A stretch of DNA of 64,000 bases from assembly GCF_009914755.1 (NCBI RefSeq), contig NC_060940.1, one strand, 5' to 3'. A program made the translations under genes and the position numbers. The notes beneath the pieces were generated by a model. That model was not told the origin of the DNA. It did no database searches and saw nothing but the letters and a program-made list of their open reading frames with translations. Shown in pieces: positions 14,829 to 29,283 of this stretch. Source of the DNA: the human T2T-CHM13v2.0 reference genome, Homo sapiens. Each line of letters begins with the position of its first letter. Position 1 is the first letter of the stretch.

Positions 14829-15000
14829 CTCATATATTTATTATATGACTATTTATGGCTTCAATTCTTAAGCGAGTATACTTAGTGTTCATGTATTTCC
14901 TGCTGCACCTCTGACACAATCAGAGAAAATACCCTAACTATAGCTCTGTCATTCCACCTGCAAAACTTTTTCATAAGTACCTCTTTATATATTCGTTATA

Positions 15001-15311
<311 letters not shown>

Positions 15312-15339
15312 ATTCTGGTATATTTTCACACATCTATCT

Positions 15340-15450
15340 TTCCATCAAGACTGCCACCTTCTAGAAGGTAAGGACTGTGAAGTTTTCATCTTTGCACATT
15401 GTAGATGCTCAGTCACTGTTCATGGAATAGATGAAGGAGTGGATGGGTGG
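15340..15450 (+). mobile_element. L2 3' end
   Basis: CTTCTAGAAGGTAAGGACTGTG...GTAGATGCTCAGT...GAATAGATGAA. Confidence 0.55.
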
Positions 15451-15454
15451 AAAT

Positions 15455-16290
15455 CACTTATTCATTTATTGATGAAACAAACATGTTAAGCACCAATGAT
15501 GTACAGGGCACTGCCCTAGCAATGAGACATAGCAATGGACAAAACAGTTAAAATCCCTGCCCTTCTAGAGCTTGTATTCTAGTCAGGAGGCCACAAAAAG
15601 ATGCACGTATAATATAATGCTGGGTGGCATGTGAATAAAAGGATAGCAGAGTAAAGAGACAGAGGGTGATGGGGGTACTTCTTCGGCTCAGGTGGTCATA
15701 GAAGGCCTCTCTGAGAAGGTGACTTGCTCAGAAACTTCAATGAAATGAGGGAACATGTATTATTCCATTCTCAGGCTGCTAATAAAGACAACTGCGACTG
15801 GGTAATTTGTAAAGAAAAGAGATTTAATTGACTCACAGTTCCATATGGCTCAGCAAGCCTCAGGAAACTTACAATCATGGCGAAAGGCATCTCTTCACAG
15901 GGTGGCAGGAGACAGAATGGGTGACGAGCAAAGGGGGAAGCCCCCTATAAAACCATCAGCTCTTGTAAGAACTCACTATCACAAGGACAGCAGGGCAGAA
16001 ATTGCCCCAGTGATTCAATTATCTCCATCTGGTCCCGCCCTTGACACGTGGGGATTATTACAATGCAAGGTGAGATTTGGGTGGGGACACAGAGCCAAAC
16101 CATACCAGAGCACATCTGGAGTAGAAAATTCCAGGCAGAGGCAAGAGCAAGTGCAAAGGCCTAGAGATAGGAACATGACTGGCACAATTGAGGAGCAGCA
16201 GGGAAGCCGGTGTGACCACAGCACAGTGAGAGAACAAGAGATCAGAGATGGAGCCGGAGTGAGATGTGCAAGGCTCTGAGGTCACGGCTT
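15455..16290 (-). mobile_element. L2 fragment split by a THE1 LTR
   Basis: TTCATTTATT...TAAGCACC...CCCTGCCCTTCTAGAGCTTGTATTCTAGT; resumes after the LTR with CCAGGCAGAGG...AAGTGCAAAGGCC. Confidence 0.7.
15756..16107 (-). mobile_element. THE1 (THE1C-like) MaLR solo LTR
   Basis: Ends GAGATTTGGGTGGGGACACAGAGCCAAACCATACCA (reverse of the THE1 5' end); about 350 bp; TSD GAACA/GAGCA. Confidence 0.92.
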
Positions 16291-17321
16291 TAGCTCCGCT
16301 GAATACAGTGTTGGCCTTTGGGGCAATATGGGGAAAGTGGGTCAGTCCTTGTACAGATACACAGTCAGGTGTTCCCAAGAAGGGCAAGCTTAGGGGCAGG
16401 GTGGGGATGGGGATTAGTTGTCAGCCAATAACACTGGTTGGTGGGGGGGGTCAAGTAAATCAAATGAGCCCCAATGTGCCATCCCATGCTAAGGTCTCAA
16501 GGCCTCCCCACTGACACTTTGTCCTTTGCTTCCTCATTGCTTGCCCTTTTTTAAAATCATCATTTAACAGCCTTTATGCAAAATGTTACACTTTTTAAAA
16601 ATCGGTGAAGCATGCCACTTTTGGAAAATGAGACCAAGGGGAGCCCTCTCCATCTCCCCAAGCCCTCTCCAGCTTTGGCACTGCCCTGACCCTTTTGGGG
16701 GAAGTGGTTATTGGCTGTGAACTAGACGGAATCCATCATCCCATCAGCAGATCTGAGGCTAACTCAAGGGAATGCGAGCGTTCCATCCAATTCCACCAAC
16801 CACGTGATGAGGTGAGGAGGATGGAGGAAATGTTACTGAGCTTCTGGTCTAGAAGCAGGTGCAACATGAGAAAAACCATAACTAAAAATAGCTGTCATGG
16901 AAATGTTTTAGTGGGTACAAAGAAGCACTGTGAATTCAGAGAAAGGGAGTGGCCACATCCAGCTGGAGCACCCGAGAAGAGGCAGCAGGGACCGCTGGCA
17001 TTTCAGCTGTGGATGCCTCTATTATCATAGAAGTTACCCCAGAAGTTGAGTTGTGTGAATACATCATTTTTCATTACTATACAAGCCTGTTCTGCCCACG
17101 TGTGACACAAGGCCATCTGACTACCAGTACCTTTTGACTGATTCTCCCTCCCTTCTTCCCTCCTTTCTTCCTTGCTTTCTTCCTTTTTTTTCAGCCCAAG
17201 AGCATTCAAATCCACTGATAGCCAAATTTAGGAAAATGCCAGAGATATGTTTTAGAAATATCTATAACCATCAAGCTAATTGCACCAACATCATCTGTTA
17301 AAAGCTGCTAAAAATGATCCA

Positions 17322-17460
17322 TGGTCTTGCTGTGTCTCCCAGGCTGGGGTGCAGTAGCACAATCATAGCTCACTGCAGCCTCCATCTCCTGGGCTCAAGC
17401 AATCCTCCTGCCACAGCAGCCCCCAAATAGCTGGGCCTACAGGCACATTCCACCATGCCC

Positions 17461-17494
<34 letters not shown>

Positions 17495-17613
17495 GTAGAG
17501 GCAGGGCTTCTCCATGTTGCCCAGGCTGGTCTTGAACTCCTGAGCTCAAGCAATCCACCCACATCAGCCTCCCAAAATGTTGGAATTACAGACGTAAGCC
17601 ACTGCACCCAGCC
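17322..17613 (-). mobile_element. AluJ without 3' tail, with expanded 30-nt middle A-tract
   Basis: Reverse Alu; T30 at 17464-17493. Confidence 0.9.
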
Positions 17614-20369
17614 AAAGTATCAGTTTTCTAAGAAAAGACATCCCACCTACCCACCCATTCACGCGGGACTCTAATGTCTTTTTTTTCCAACATACATTTT
17701 GGACGGGCATCGTACCAGGCCCTGTGCTAGGTTACGTGTATCCATTGAATCTTCCTAGAAATCCTCATGAACTTGGTACCATTATTACCACTCTTTTACA
17801 TTCAAGTATCACTTGCTTCAAATCGCATACCTACAAATGGAAGATTCAGGGTTCAAAACGAGGGTATAATGTCCATGCTAGAGGGCTTACACTCAGAAAC
17901 CCTAACTCTCAATATTAAACTTTCTATTAAGGGTGGGGCATGGGCAGGAAGATGTGGGCACTGAAGAGAGACCAGTTTCCCTCCTGGGAACACTCCATGA
18001 TGAAGACTTGGGAAGAAAAAGGGAAGAAAAAGGTTAAAACCATCGATGTAGATCATGAGCACATGCTCATTTTCAAAATAAAACAACTTCTTTGTGAGAA
18101 TAATTGAGAAATAAATGTTGTAGGGAGGACTGTTGAATTTCATTTTGGTAGAGAAAGTGATAGTAGTTGAAATTCTTGTTTTCTTGCTACTGTGGTAAGT
18201 ATTGCTATCCATGTTGAATAGTTTCAAATATCAGACAAAAAGAAGAGATTGATGTGTTAGAAAGCCAGCCTGTAAGCTTCTGTGAGTGAGGAGTCCTTCT
18301 ACTTTTTGTTTCAGGTATACAGAAGATGGTTGGATACATGAATACAAGGTAAGGCAAGAAATAGATACCCAGGCACACTGTCCAGTGTGTGGACAATGGC
18401 ACGCTAGTCAGCTTTCGATAAGTGTCAGTTGAATGGAAATAAGCTGAATGAATCTGAAGGTGGCATACATAATGGGATGAGCCTGGGTAAGAGATTTAAA
18501 AGCTTGAAGCAGACACCCTTGATTATGTGATGTACAACCATTTAAGCATATTAGTTTAGAGGGGAGGGGAAAGAGGCAGAGGCTTGAGTTTCCAGAGCTA
18601 GAGGAACAACTTAGAAGAGAAAGAATTAAGAGTGGAAAGGGAGCATATAGTATGCAGAGTATATAACCTACAAGGACAGTAACCTAGCATTCTGAGCAGC
18701 CTTAGGATAGAAACTGCTGGAAAAAGGAAGCCAGTCCTGAGGACATCCAGAAGTTTAAGAGTCACAGCAAACTACTATGTAGAGAAGCAGCATTGATAAC
18801 AGTTGATTACTGACCCAGTGCCGGATAGATTTTATCCTGTCATCTGTGTTGCTTGGCTTGGGTTTGTTTCTGTAATGCATTTGTAATAAGCAATAAGTGC
18901 AATGTTTCCTAAAAGCAGGGGTTGATGGGAAGATGGGAGGAGGTACCAAACGGCAGATTCCTGCTCTCCTTTGCTGTCGGAATGGAGGTGACCCTGCCAC
19001 AATCCCAAGGTGCAGGTAGAGTTCCTGGGAGGAATTAAAAGCCCGCTTTAAGACTATTCCTGAGGCTGAAACCTCTTTTCAGTGACAAGCATCATCAAAG
19101 CTGTAATGCAAGTCAGCTGCACCGGGCAAATGCAGCATACGGTGACACTGTAACCTCCCTGAAACGGCAATGAAAATGCACCTGACCCAGGGAGGTGCCA
19201 CTGTGTGGAAGCCTGCCCCTTCCTCGGTAGGGAAAAGATGGCCTGACCTGCCGCTTCATTCAAAGGAGTCCACGCCTCCTCACCTAGGTTAGAGCAGGTG
19301 GCATCATCCACACAGGTGCTCCAAAACCCAAGCTGGAGCTGTCACGGATTTATGAGCTCCTGTCTGTTTCACGGTGCTGCTTCTCACCGAGCCTACTTCA
19401 TCATTTAAATTATTAACAGTGAAAGTGCATTGACTGGGGGAGTCGGTGGAATACAGGATCCTGAAGAGGGTGGAAGGGTCTCAATACAGTTTCATCTCTC
19501 TCATGCAACTCACCCTCATCAGTCTCCAGATCTGGGCTGCTGAACATGCATGGAATAAACGGAGGGGATTTTTAAGGCAGTTTCTGTTTAGGCTCTACTC
19601 ATTAAAAACAAAACAAAAAACAAAACAAAACAAAAAACTCCATTACCTAACCTAGTCTTGCCTATAGTTTTCAGAAATCATGAGACCATCAAAAGTCTAC
19701 TTTGCCTGGTAAAAATGTCATCCCCACCCAGCCTTCCCTGTGGCCACTTACCTATGCTGACATTGTATTGCTTTGCTTGGTAGCAGTTCAAGGGAATAAA
19801 AGCATTTTCTTGCACTCCACACATTGCAGTGTCTAACTCCTCAGCCTTTGCACCAAAGAGGCAAATCTAGAATGTGAACGTTGGTCACATGTATTTTGGC
19901 CTTAGGATGAAGTCCTGCCTGTTAGAGTCTATATATGAGGCTTAATATTCAGTATTTATTTTCCAGGTTGCCCTAAATCTGGGCACAGCCACCCCGCCAC
20001 CTCCACTTCCACTGACCCTGTTAACCCTGAAAAGAAAGTTAAATCCTATAACTCAAGCCTAGCCCTGCAAAACTGAAGCTGTAGCTCTCAATCAAATAGT
20101 CTCTTGCCATTTTTAATAAATTGGATTGTGGATTAATCTTGGGAGTATTTGGGCCCCTGATGAAACATTCTCTTTCAGGGAAGATCAAAATTTTCCTATT
20201 TGCATAGAAAGTTTACAAATAAAGGTTCTTTAAAAAGATAAGTCTTTAATTATTTGGTTATTAACCTAGATAACCTCTAAGGGTTCTTAAATCTAATGAT
20301 TTATTTTATTTGAGTTGCATTTGTCAAGTTCTCACCATCTTGCCAAATTACTTCAGACAATAGCAATAT

Positions 20370-20720
20370 CTAATGTTTTTACAGCACTTTATAGAGAGTT
20401 TGTAAAGCGCTTTCACACATTCATTATCTTATTTGAGCCTTAATGCAACCCTATAAATTATGGCATTTATTATTCCTGTTGCAAAAGAAGAAATAGAAGC
20501 TCAAAGAGATTAAAAGACTTAGCCAAGGTCATTCAACAACAAAAAAAAATGGAAGAGCTTGAACTATCAGGGAAATCTTAGAACTGAATTCAAGTCTAGA
20601 CTCTGTTACTAAATAGCTGTATGGTCTTGAGTACATCACTCACCATTCTGAGCTTGTCTATCTGTAAAAGGGGTTAGTTAACTAGCTGATCATCTCCATG
20701 GTCTTCCAAAGCCCTAAAAT
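20370..20720. mobile_element. Two adjacent MIR fragments in opposite orientation
   Basis: GAAGAAATAGAAGCTCAAAGAGATTAAAAGACTTAGCCAAGGTCA (minus), then TAGCTGTATGGTCTTGAG...TATCTGTAAAAGGG (plus). Confidence 0.6.
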
Positions 20721-21281
20721 TCTACTAATTTTATAATATACCTATAATAAATAAATAAAAATTTACTATATTGCTATAATACTAAATTCTTCCTTTCTCT
20801 GGGCCTCTTGCCTCCAAGCAAAAAGAAAAGGATTATATGAACTACACAGGAGGCCTGAGATTAAAAACAATCAGTGTGGCACACTAAGGAACTTTAAAAA
20901 TACAAAGATATCAAATAGAAAAAAAAAATTTCATGATCCAAAGCTCAGTGCATCGTCACATTATGGTGTGACAGTACCAGAACTCCTACCCTCTACTAAC
21001 ATTTTGTTAATATTTTTGTATCTCTGTTGTGATGAAAACCAAGCTAGAATTTGCTTTAGGCTTAGTTTTTGAGACCACAGCTAGCTCTTACCTGAATTAG
21101 AGCCCTCCATTTCAGACATCTGTATCTACCTTGGGCAAAGCCCCACTAGTCCTTCTTTCTGGGTGATCTAAAACTCTAAAAGTGATAGGTACAGCCTCAA
21201 TTTCCCAGGGCACATCAGTGCCATAGTGAATGGCTAATACCCATGAAAGCAAAGTTGATCTTCAATCCCTTCAGTCTCTTC

Positions 21282-21588
<307 letters not shown>

Positions 21589-21744
21589 CCTTCCCTTTCT
21601 AATAGGCAGGAGACTACCTATCTCATAATGACTTTGTTCTCTCTGTTGTGATGCTATCTTTTGGTGGTTCAGTGGTTTGCCACCACTTGGGAGACATGTC
21701 CAATTCCCAGGCCTCACTTGGCTCTGACCATCTCAGAACACAAC

Positions 21745-21970
21745 TCTAGTTGAATGTTTCTGTGTGTGGAGACTGTGCTGAACTTTTTATCTTCATTTTA
21801 TCTTTGCAACAATTCTCTTACTATCACCATTTGTGGATAAGAAAACAGAGGCACGAAGAGATTAAATAACCTACCCCCAAGGTTATATGGCTAATGAATA
21901 GTAGGGTCTAGAATTCAAACCCAAACAGGCTGATTCTGAGGCTTATGGTGGTCTTTACCACCACACTGTT
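21745..21970 (-). mobile_element. MIR
   Basis: GATAAGAAAACAGAGGCACGAAGAGATTAAATAACCT...GAATTCAAACCC. Confidence 0.7.
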
Positions 21971-22489
21971 GCCCACTCATTCACCAACCAGGGCAGTGGA
22001 GACATGTCCAAAGGGCTGTATTCTCTAGGTACGAATTTCCCATCACTGAAAGGATGCAAGCATGGGCTGGGCATCCATCCAGCTTCAAACACTAAGCTCC
22101 CATGGCTGAAAATCTGTCCTGGAAACACTCTCACTTCCGCTTTGGGTGTTCTCTCTGCTCCTGATATCCTTCCTCTGTCCTCCTGGCATAATAAATTTCT
22201 TTTCTTTCCTTTCTCCCATTACACTGCTTGTCCTCCTATATTTACCACAATGCACTATAGAAATGGTGTTCTTTCTCCTCCAGAAAGTCTTGCAAACTGA
22301 CTGCATTCGTTGACCCCTGATCATAGACACGTTTGTTTGGGCAGTTATTATGTCATAATAAAGAGATGGGGCAGGGACCTCCAGTCTGCCACAGTCCCCA
22401 CCACTCCCTATTGCCTCATCCCTACCAGGTCACAGACTGATACTAGCTGCCTGCCCCTCTGATGGAATTGAAGGTTTAACCCTGTAAGA

Positions 22490-22850
22490 GCTAGCCCTTT
22501 TCTATTATAGACTATACCTTATTCATCTCAGTATCCTCCTAGCATAGCAGCCTAGCATACTACCAGAAAAACAGCTCAATAGATGTTTGATAAATGAGTG
22601 AGTGAAAGAACAGATGAACACACGAAGACTGCCAGGCAGCTTAAAGATCCACTGGGCACAAAGGTGACAGATAAGGCAGCAACTCTTTGGGCAAACTCCC
22701 AATATGGGAGCAGCCTTAATCTCCTTATGCCTGTTAACTCAATTTATAAAGCAGATATGATAATACTTACCTACTTCTCACTAGGGCACCACATGAAATA
22801 ATTAGCTAATATCTACAAGGCATTATCTGCACTAAGTGGTAGATATTACT
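22490..22850 (+). mobile_element. L2 3' end followed by MIR fragment
   Basis: CAGCTCAATAGATGTTTGATAAATGAGTGAGTGAA, then GCCTTAATCTCCTTATGCC...ATAATACTTACCTAC. Confidence 0.5.
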
Positions 22851-23059
22851 CCTACTGTGAAAACTCAGCTTTGGGACTCCAATGAATCTACTTTAAATAG
22901 AGCTGGAAAACTAAACAAGATTTATCCAGTCTTTCCTTCTGGTTCTGCAAATATTCAGCTACCACACTAGGAATAAGTAACACCTTTCTCAGAGCTAACT
23001 GATCCCTCGCTGTCTCTCTGTCTTCTCTCTCCTCATCCCCTGCCAACTGTATCATCCCT

Positions 23060-23065
23060 ACCTCT

Positions 23066-23099
<34 letters not shown>
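23060..23099. repeat. (CT)n microsatellite
   Basis: Read directly. Confidence 0.92.
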
Positions 23100-24412
23100 G
23101 TTAAGTTAATGTTTGGACAAGAGACAAAATGCACTAATAAGCGAGCCAGGATTCTCAACTGGGTGAATTGCAATGTCTGAACAGCATACTAGTTCCCCAT
23201 AGAGGACAGCGGCCAGGACTGGGGGCCTCTCTCAACTCTGGGCATGTTTTGTCTCTTGATCAGGGAATTGGCTGCATAGGTGAAAATCAGTTGAACTGCA
23301 TACTTATCATTTGTGTACTTTTCTGTAAGTCCATTTCAGTAAAACAAAAAAAAAGGAAAAAAAATGTGACTCATGCAGTCTGAAAAACAGTGGGCATTGC
23401 ATACCCCTTCCTTCATTAAACCTAGAGACATTTTCCCACTCGTAGTAGGATTTTACCAAACACAAGCTCTCTGAAGCAGACACTCCTCTGCAGTCCATCC
23501 CACAGCACTCATCAGACAGCCGTAGCTCTTGCACCAAGCCGGAAATCTGCCTTGCTAGCCGTGCCAAAGGTCATTAGCATAACCTCCCTCCTCTTCCTGT
23601 ACCTCAGACCCAGTAGGTCCTCCGATACTCAAGAACTCCTTCCCGGAGCGGAGACACAGATCATGGCTATCAGATGGGTCCCTTGGCAGCTCAGCTGCAG
23701 GCAAGATTTGTTCCCTTGTTTGTCTGGAGCTTTGGTTTTAATTTGTAATGTTTGCTTAATCTACTATTAGTTGGGCTGAATTTAATTTAACTCATTGTAG
23801 CAATTCATTTCTTTCAATCTCCTGTTATTGGGTATCACTCTTAAGTTGTAAGTGAGTTTGCCTTCCCTAATCATCATGTAGGAATCTGTTGGCCCAGTTA
23901 TTTCTCTTTGCAAGTAATATCTGCAATTAAAAATGTATATAATTGCAGAGAGAGCAGTGTGATAAGAATGCTGAATGGGATCTGTACCTTCCATTTTTTT
24001 CATTAGCTTTTATATTTTAAGTGAAATCAGGTAAAGTGCTGGTAAGGAGTTACTTCCTCTCCCACCCCCACCATTGTCAACTGCCAAATGGAGAGACAAT
24101 AAATGGTAGCCAGACAGATTCTCTTTCTTACTGTAAAGCCATAAAGCCAAAACCTAGCACATAGCAATGAGTTTTAAAAATTAAAACAAAACAAGACCTC
24201 TAGCTTGGCTTATAGCCAATCACAGCTTTCAGATGGTGGAGATCATTCTAAATTTAGAGGAAAAAAGTAATCGTGGGTCTTTCTTCAAAATTTAATTTTA
24301 AAACTTGCTCCACAGGTAGACTTTTGGTAAAGATGCATTTACATACAAATTTTAAAATACGTGATAGTTGTTTAAGAGAGCTTAACACAATCTTACTTAC
24401 ATAGTTCACAAC

Positions 24413-24712
<300 letters not shown>

Positions 24713-25256
24713 CACTTCACAACTTCTTAAAAGTAAAGCTCTCATCCCACATATACTGAAACACTAGGATTTATCATGTTCCAATCAAGTCAACTTGCTC
24801 CAAAATCTCTCAAGAGATTTTTTTAATCACCATACTTAAAAGTAGGGTGATAATCACAAATATTAGGAAACATTTCTCCAAATACAATGGGAAATGCTAG
24901 ATAATGTGTAACTTACGGATGTAAACATGTGCAAAGCACTTAACCCAAAGCCTAGCTTACAGAACGCACTCAACAAGTAGTAGAATAATGAGAACGATGC
25001 CAATTATAATAGCATCTATTGTTATTATTCAGAATATCTCATCCAGTTTGACTTATTTCTGCAGTGAAACAAATCACCAGGCTGTGTCTTTTCAAAGCTC
25101 ACACTTCCAAACAGAGTAGGTGTTCCTTCTGATCTAAGCATACCTGAATGTTTTTCACCAAGGTTCGTGACTCCTGTAGCCACATCTATACTTAGTGTAA
25201 ACCTGAACTTGGCAACAGAAAACCCCATGCAGGATATGGCCCCTAGGAGACCATGA

Positions 25257-25820
<564 letters not shown>

Positions 25821-26224
25821 TAAAGTGGGTGACCCTCACTACTTTGTGGGCTCAATAGCTGTGTCTTCATTTATAAAAATAAAATGGTAGAGACTGTATT
25901 GGACAGGAGAGACCTGGAATATGGATCTAAGTAACCAGCTAGCACAAAAATACCCCACTATTTATGTTATGTATACATACATATATACATACGTGCATTG
26001 GTGGAGCTAGATAATATCTTTCAGCTCTGTTACTTTACATTGAAGTATCTGACTGATCATACTCATTTGTGCAGGAGATATTTAAAATCTAGTTGTGAAG
26101 ATGACTGAGTCATGAAACATTAAATAATCTTAATGTATAAGCTCCCAAAAGGAAGTCAATGAGAAAGGGTTAACTTTGCCATGTATGTTCATAGGAAAGT
26201 GAGTATGACTTGTATCTAAGTTAT

Positions 26225-26439
26225 GGATCAGCAAACTAGACCCCCCAGCCAAGTCCAGACTACCCCCTATCTTTATAAATAAAGTTTTATTGGAACACAG
26301 CCACTCATTCATTTATGTATCATCTGTGGCTGCTTTCACTTTGCAATGGCAGAAATAAGCAGTTATGACAAGACTTTATGGCCCACAAAGCTAAAACTAT
26401 TTACTATCTGGCCTTGTACAGAAAAAACTTTTTGATCCA
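26225..26439. mobile_element. MER58A
   Basis: ATAAATAAAGTTTTATTGGAACACAGCCAC...ATTTACTATCTGGCC. Confidence 0.85.
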
Positions 26440-29057
26440 AAAAAGGCTGAACAAAGAAGATTTTAAAAGAGATGGGGGGGGAGAGAAAAAGAGAGAGGGC
26501 TGAATCTCAGGCAGGGGTACGGACTGAATAGGCAAAGTAGCTTTCCAAACAGAGAGAAAAGATTGGGCAATCGAATGGATTCAGAACTGGTCACTAGAGG
26601 ACCAGACTGGATGGTTTGAAGTAACGAAGATGAACTGGATTGAGAGTAGGCACAAGCCAGAGAGTTGTGGGCATTCACACCCAGACAACTGGACTTGACT
26701 GTGGACAGTCGGCCATTAGTGAGGGTTTCTGAGGAGAGAGTTGACAAAACAGAAGATTTAAAGAAATCCAATGAGGTTGCAGTTTTAGCACAGTTTGAGC
26801 TTCCTAGCATGAGACATTGAAGGTCCCCACATCCCAGGAGCCATGGGACTGGACATAATGGTATGAGTAAGGGAGACAGTAGGAAAGGTGGAGCTATGTG
26901 ACTTGTGATCACTGGGATGGCGATGAGGAAGGAGAAGGAGTAATTAGGGCTTGCTTAGGGCTTCCACCCTGGGTGACCACACAGCTGACCACTTCACATG
27001 CAGCCACGTGCATTAGTGCATACGATTTCTTGAGCTGACAGTGAAATGTGTGCCTGAAAGTTTCATACCATGACTCAGGTCCAAAGTAATTCTAAGGAAC
27101 AGGGCCAGTGATTTCAGTGGCTTATTTCCCACCCTACCTTCTAATCAATGTAATTCATTGACTTATTCACCATATTCTGGAGAGGGCGAAAAGCAGCAGT
27201 TTGCTACTTCTCAAAGTTGCTCTGGCAGGTCAATATCCTGTCATCACTAATCCTGCAAACCTTTTCAAAGACTTCAAGTACATAGTTGGCTATTATCATC
27301 TTTCAGGGAGTTCCTCTACCTATTCTCCTTTTCATGTTATAGACACCCTAACGGCGAGTCTTAAAATCGCGGTTCTGACAGAGAGATTGGGAAGTTCAAG
27401 TCAATTCCTCATTTACCTGCTCGGTCTGCAAAGCAGTTCGAATAGCTTTAGGAACATCTACTTGGCTCCTTTGCAAACAAACAGGCCTGGTGCCCATGAC
27501 TCCTCTGTTATGAGGCTCTCCTCCTCCCTGGAGACGAGCAGCATTCCTGTTGCAGAGTGCTGGACATTGTTCTGGGAACCCTCTGCCCAGATACTCATTA
27601 GTACTGCATTAGTCTATAAACGCCGAAAGAAATGCTTAGTTCACCTCGCTCTTACTTGATGTACTTGAAAGGTCTGGTGAATTTATGGCAGGATAATGTG
27701 GAGCCCAGCACCTATTTATGAGTTGATCATTTGTACCGAACCCCCCTCAAAGTGCCAAGGGTTACCATTCAACCACGGCCTGCACTAATGCCACGGGAAG
27801 GCCAACAAAGCCAAGTGTACGAAAGTTAAAAGCATTAATAAAAGTGTGACTTATAAATTACTTCATCTTTGTCACCCATTTTGAAATGGGGTGAGAGAGG
27901 CCAGGGTAAATTTATTTTTTAAGTGCTTTCTGAGACCCAAACGGGTCAGGCTTGAAATGCTGTAGTATATAAATCATTCTTTGCAGATCTGGGGGATGCT
28001 GCAAGCATCACAACATTAACAAATATTGATTTATTTTATCATTTGCAACTGTTTATAGTATGACAGATCCTACTGCACACGCAAAAGCAAATACTTTGAG
28101 GCAATGTAGTTAATTAATATCTCTTGTAAGGGGGGAAAAAGGGAAAACCTGGCAATAGGATTTCAGCTTGTATGGAAGTTTGTGGCAAGGTGATTTTCAT
28201 CAGATTGGCTGACATTAACTCAGCCCCCACCCCAATACCATGGAGATGGATGGATTTCACGCTAAGCAATTTGATGTACAAATGGCATATATGAGAGGTC
28301 CTGTCATCAACGCAGCATCATTATACATGATATCAACCAAAGCTCCTGTGAGGCTGAAACCTAGGAAAGGGTCAGCAGGGGTTTCAGACCCCTGGCCACT
28401 CTGCTCAACTTTGTATCAAAGCATTAAATAAGCAGACACCCACACTCAATTCAACCACAGGTTCTAAAGGATTTATCTGGGGTCCCTGCTGATGCAATGA
28501 AGGACAATTAACAAAAATGCCTTCAAGGTAAGGGAGATGAAAGTCTGCATTGTGCTGGAAAGTGTCCCTGGCTCTGCTGCGCTTTCTCAAACTGCACTTT
28601 GGATGTGTTTTCAAACTTAAATTGCTCACAGTTTGGGCCTTCTCCTAACAGGCAACAGAGGGCTGGAGACTGATTAGTCAAAGAAGTTCAGGGAGCCCTA
28701 CAGTTTCATTGAGATAAACAATGACAACCACACAAACAATGACTTAGAAAATCTGATTTAAACTCCTGACAATGATTAATGCATCTGAACTATGCAAGGA
28801 GAACTCAGTGAAATAATCATAGATTGGTACTTTTGTCTGGGAAGCACAATGAAGTTGATCTCTGTGTCCAAGCACATCCTCAAGCCTCCTGTGCAACTGG
28901 GTGCTCCTTACGTGGGGCACTGAGGTCAATGGTACACCGTGGAGCTAGTAATTGCTATGCAGTCAATTACCAATGGCATAGCAATGTCTGAGATTCCCTT
29001 TTAATAGTGTAGCCTGGGAAAGTATCTCCCAATGGCAACGATAGCTGAGGCCAGAAC

Positions 29058-29283
29058 CAAGATTTCTCAGTCTCAGCACTACTGACACTTTGGGCTGGAT
29101 AGTTCTTTGTTGAGGAGTGGGGCAAGGGGTCTTGTACACTGTAGGATATTTGGCATCATCTCTAGTTTCTGCCTACTAGATGCTGGTAGCAATCACCACC
29201 ACCCCAATGTGAGAGTCAAAAGTTACAGCAGGCATTGCTAATTGTTGTTAGGACTAAAATCTCCCTTTGTTGACAACCACTGG
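29058..29283. mobile_element. MER20
   Basis: TTTCTCAGTCTCAGCACTACTGACACTTTGGGCTGGATAGTTCTTTGTTG...CTACTAGATGCTGGTAGC...TTGACAACCACTG. Confidence 0.82.

Noticed and set aside
15845-16279. 144-aa ORF
   Set aside because: Lies within the THE1 LTR and L2; no coding features.
19745-20040. Minus-strand exon between an acceptor near 20026 and an AG|GTAAGT donor near 19750
   Set aside because: Isolated splice-like motifs with no ORF or other support.
26463-26912. 149-aa minus-strand ORF
   Set aside because: Ser/Leu-rich translation of purine-rich, probably decayed L2-like sequence.
27201-27659. 152-aa ORF in unique sequence
   Set aside because: Non-ATG start, no recognisable domain and no exon structure; compatible with chance.
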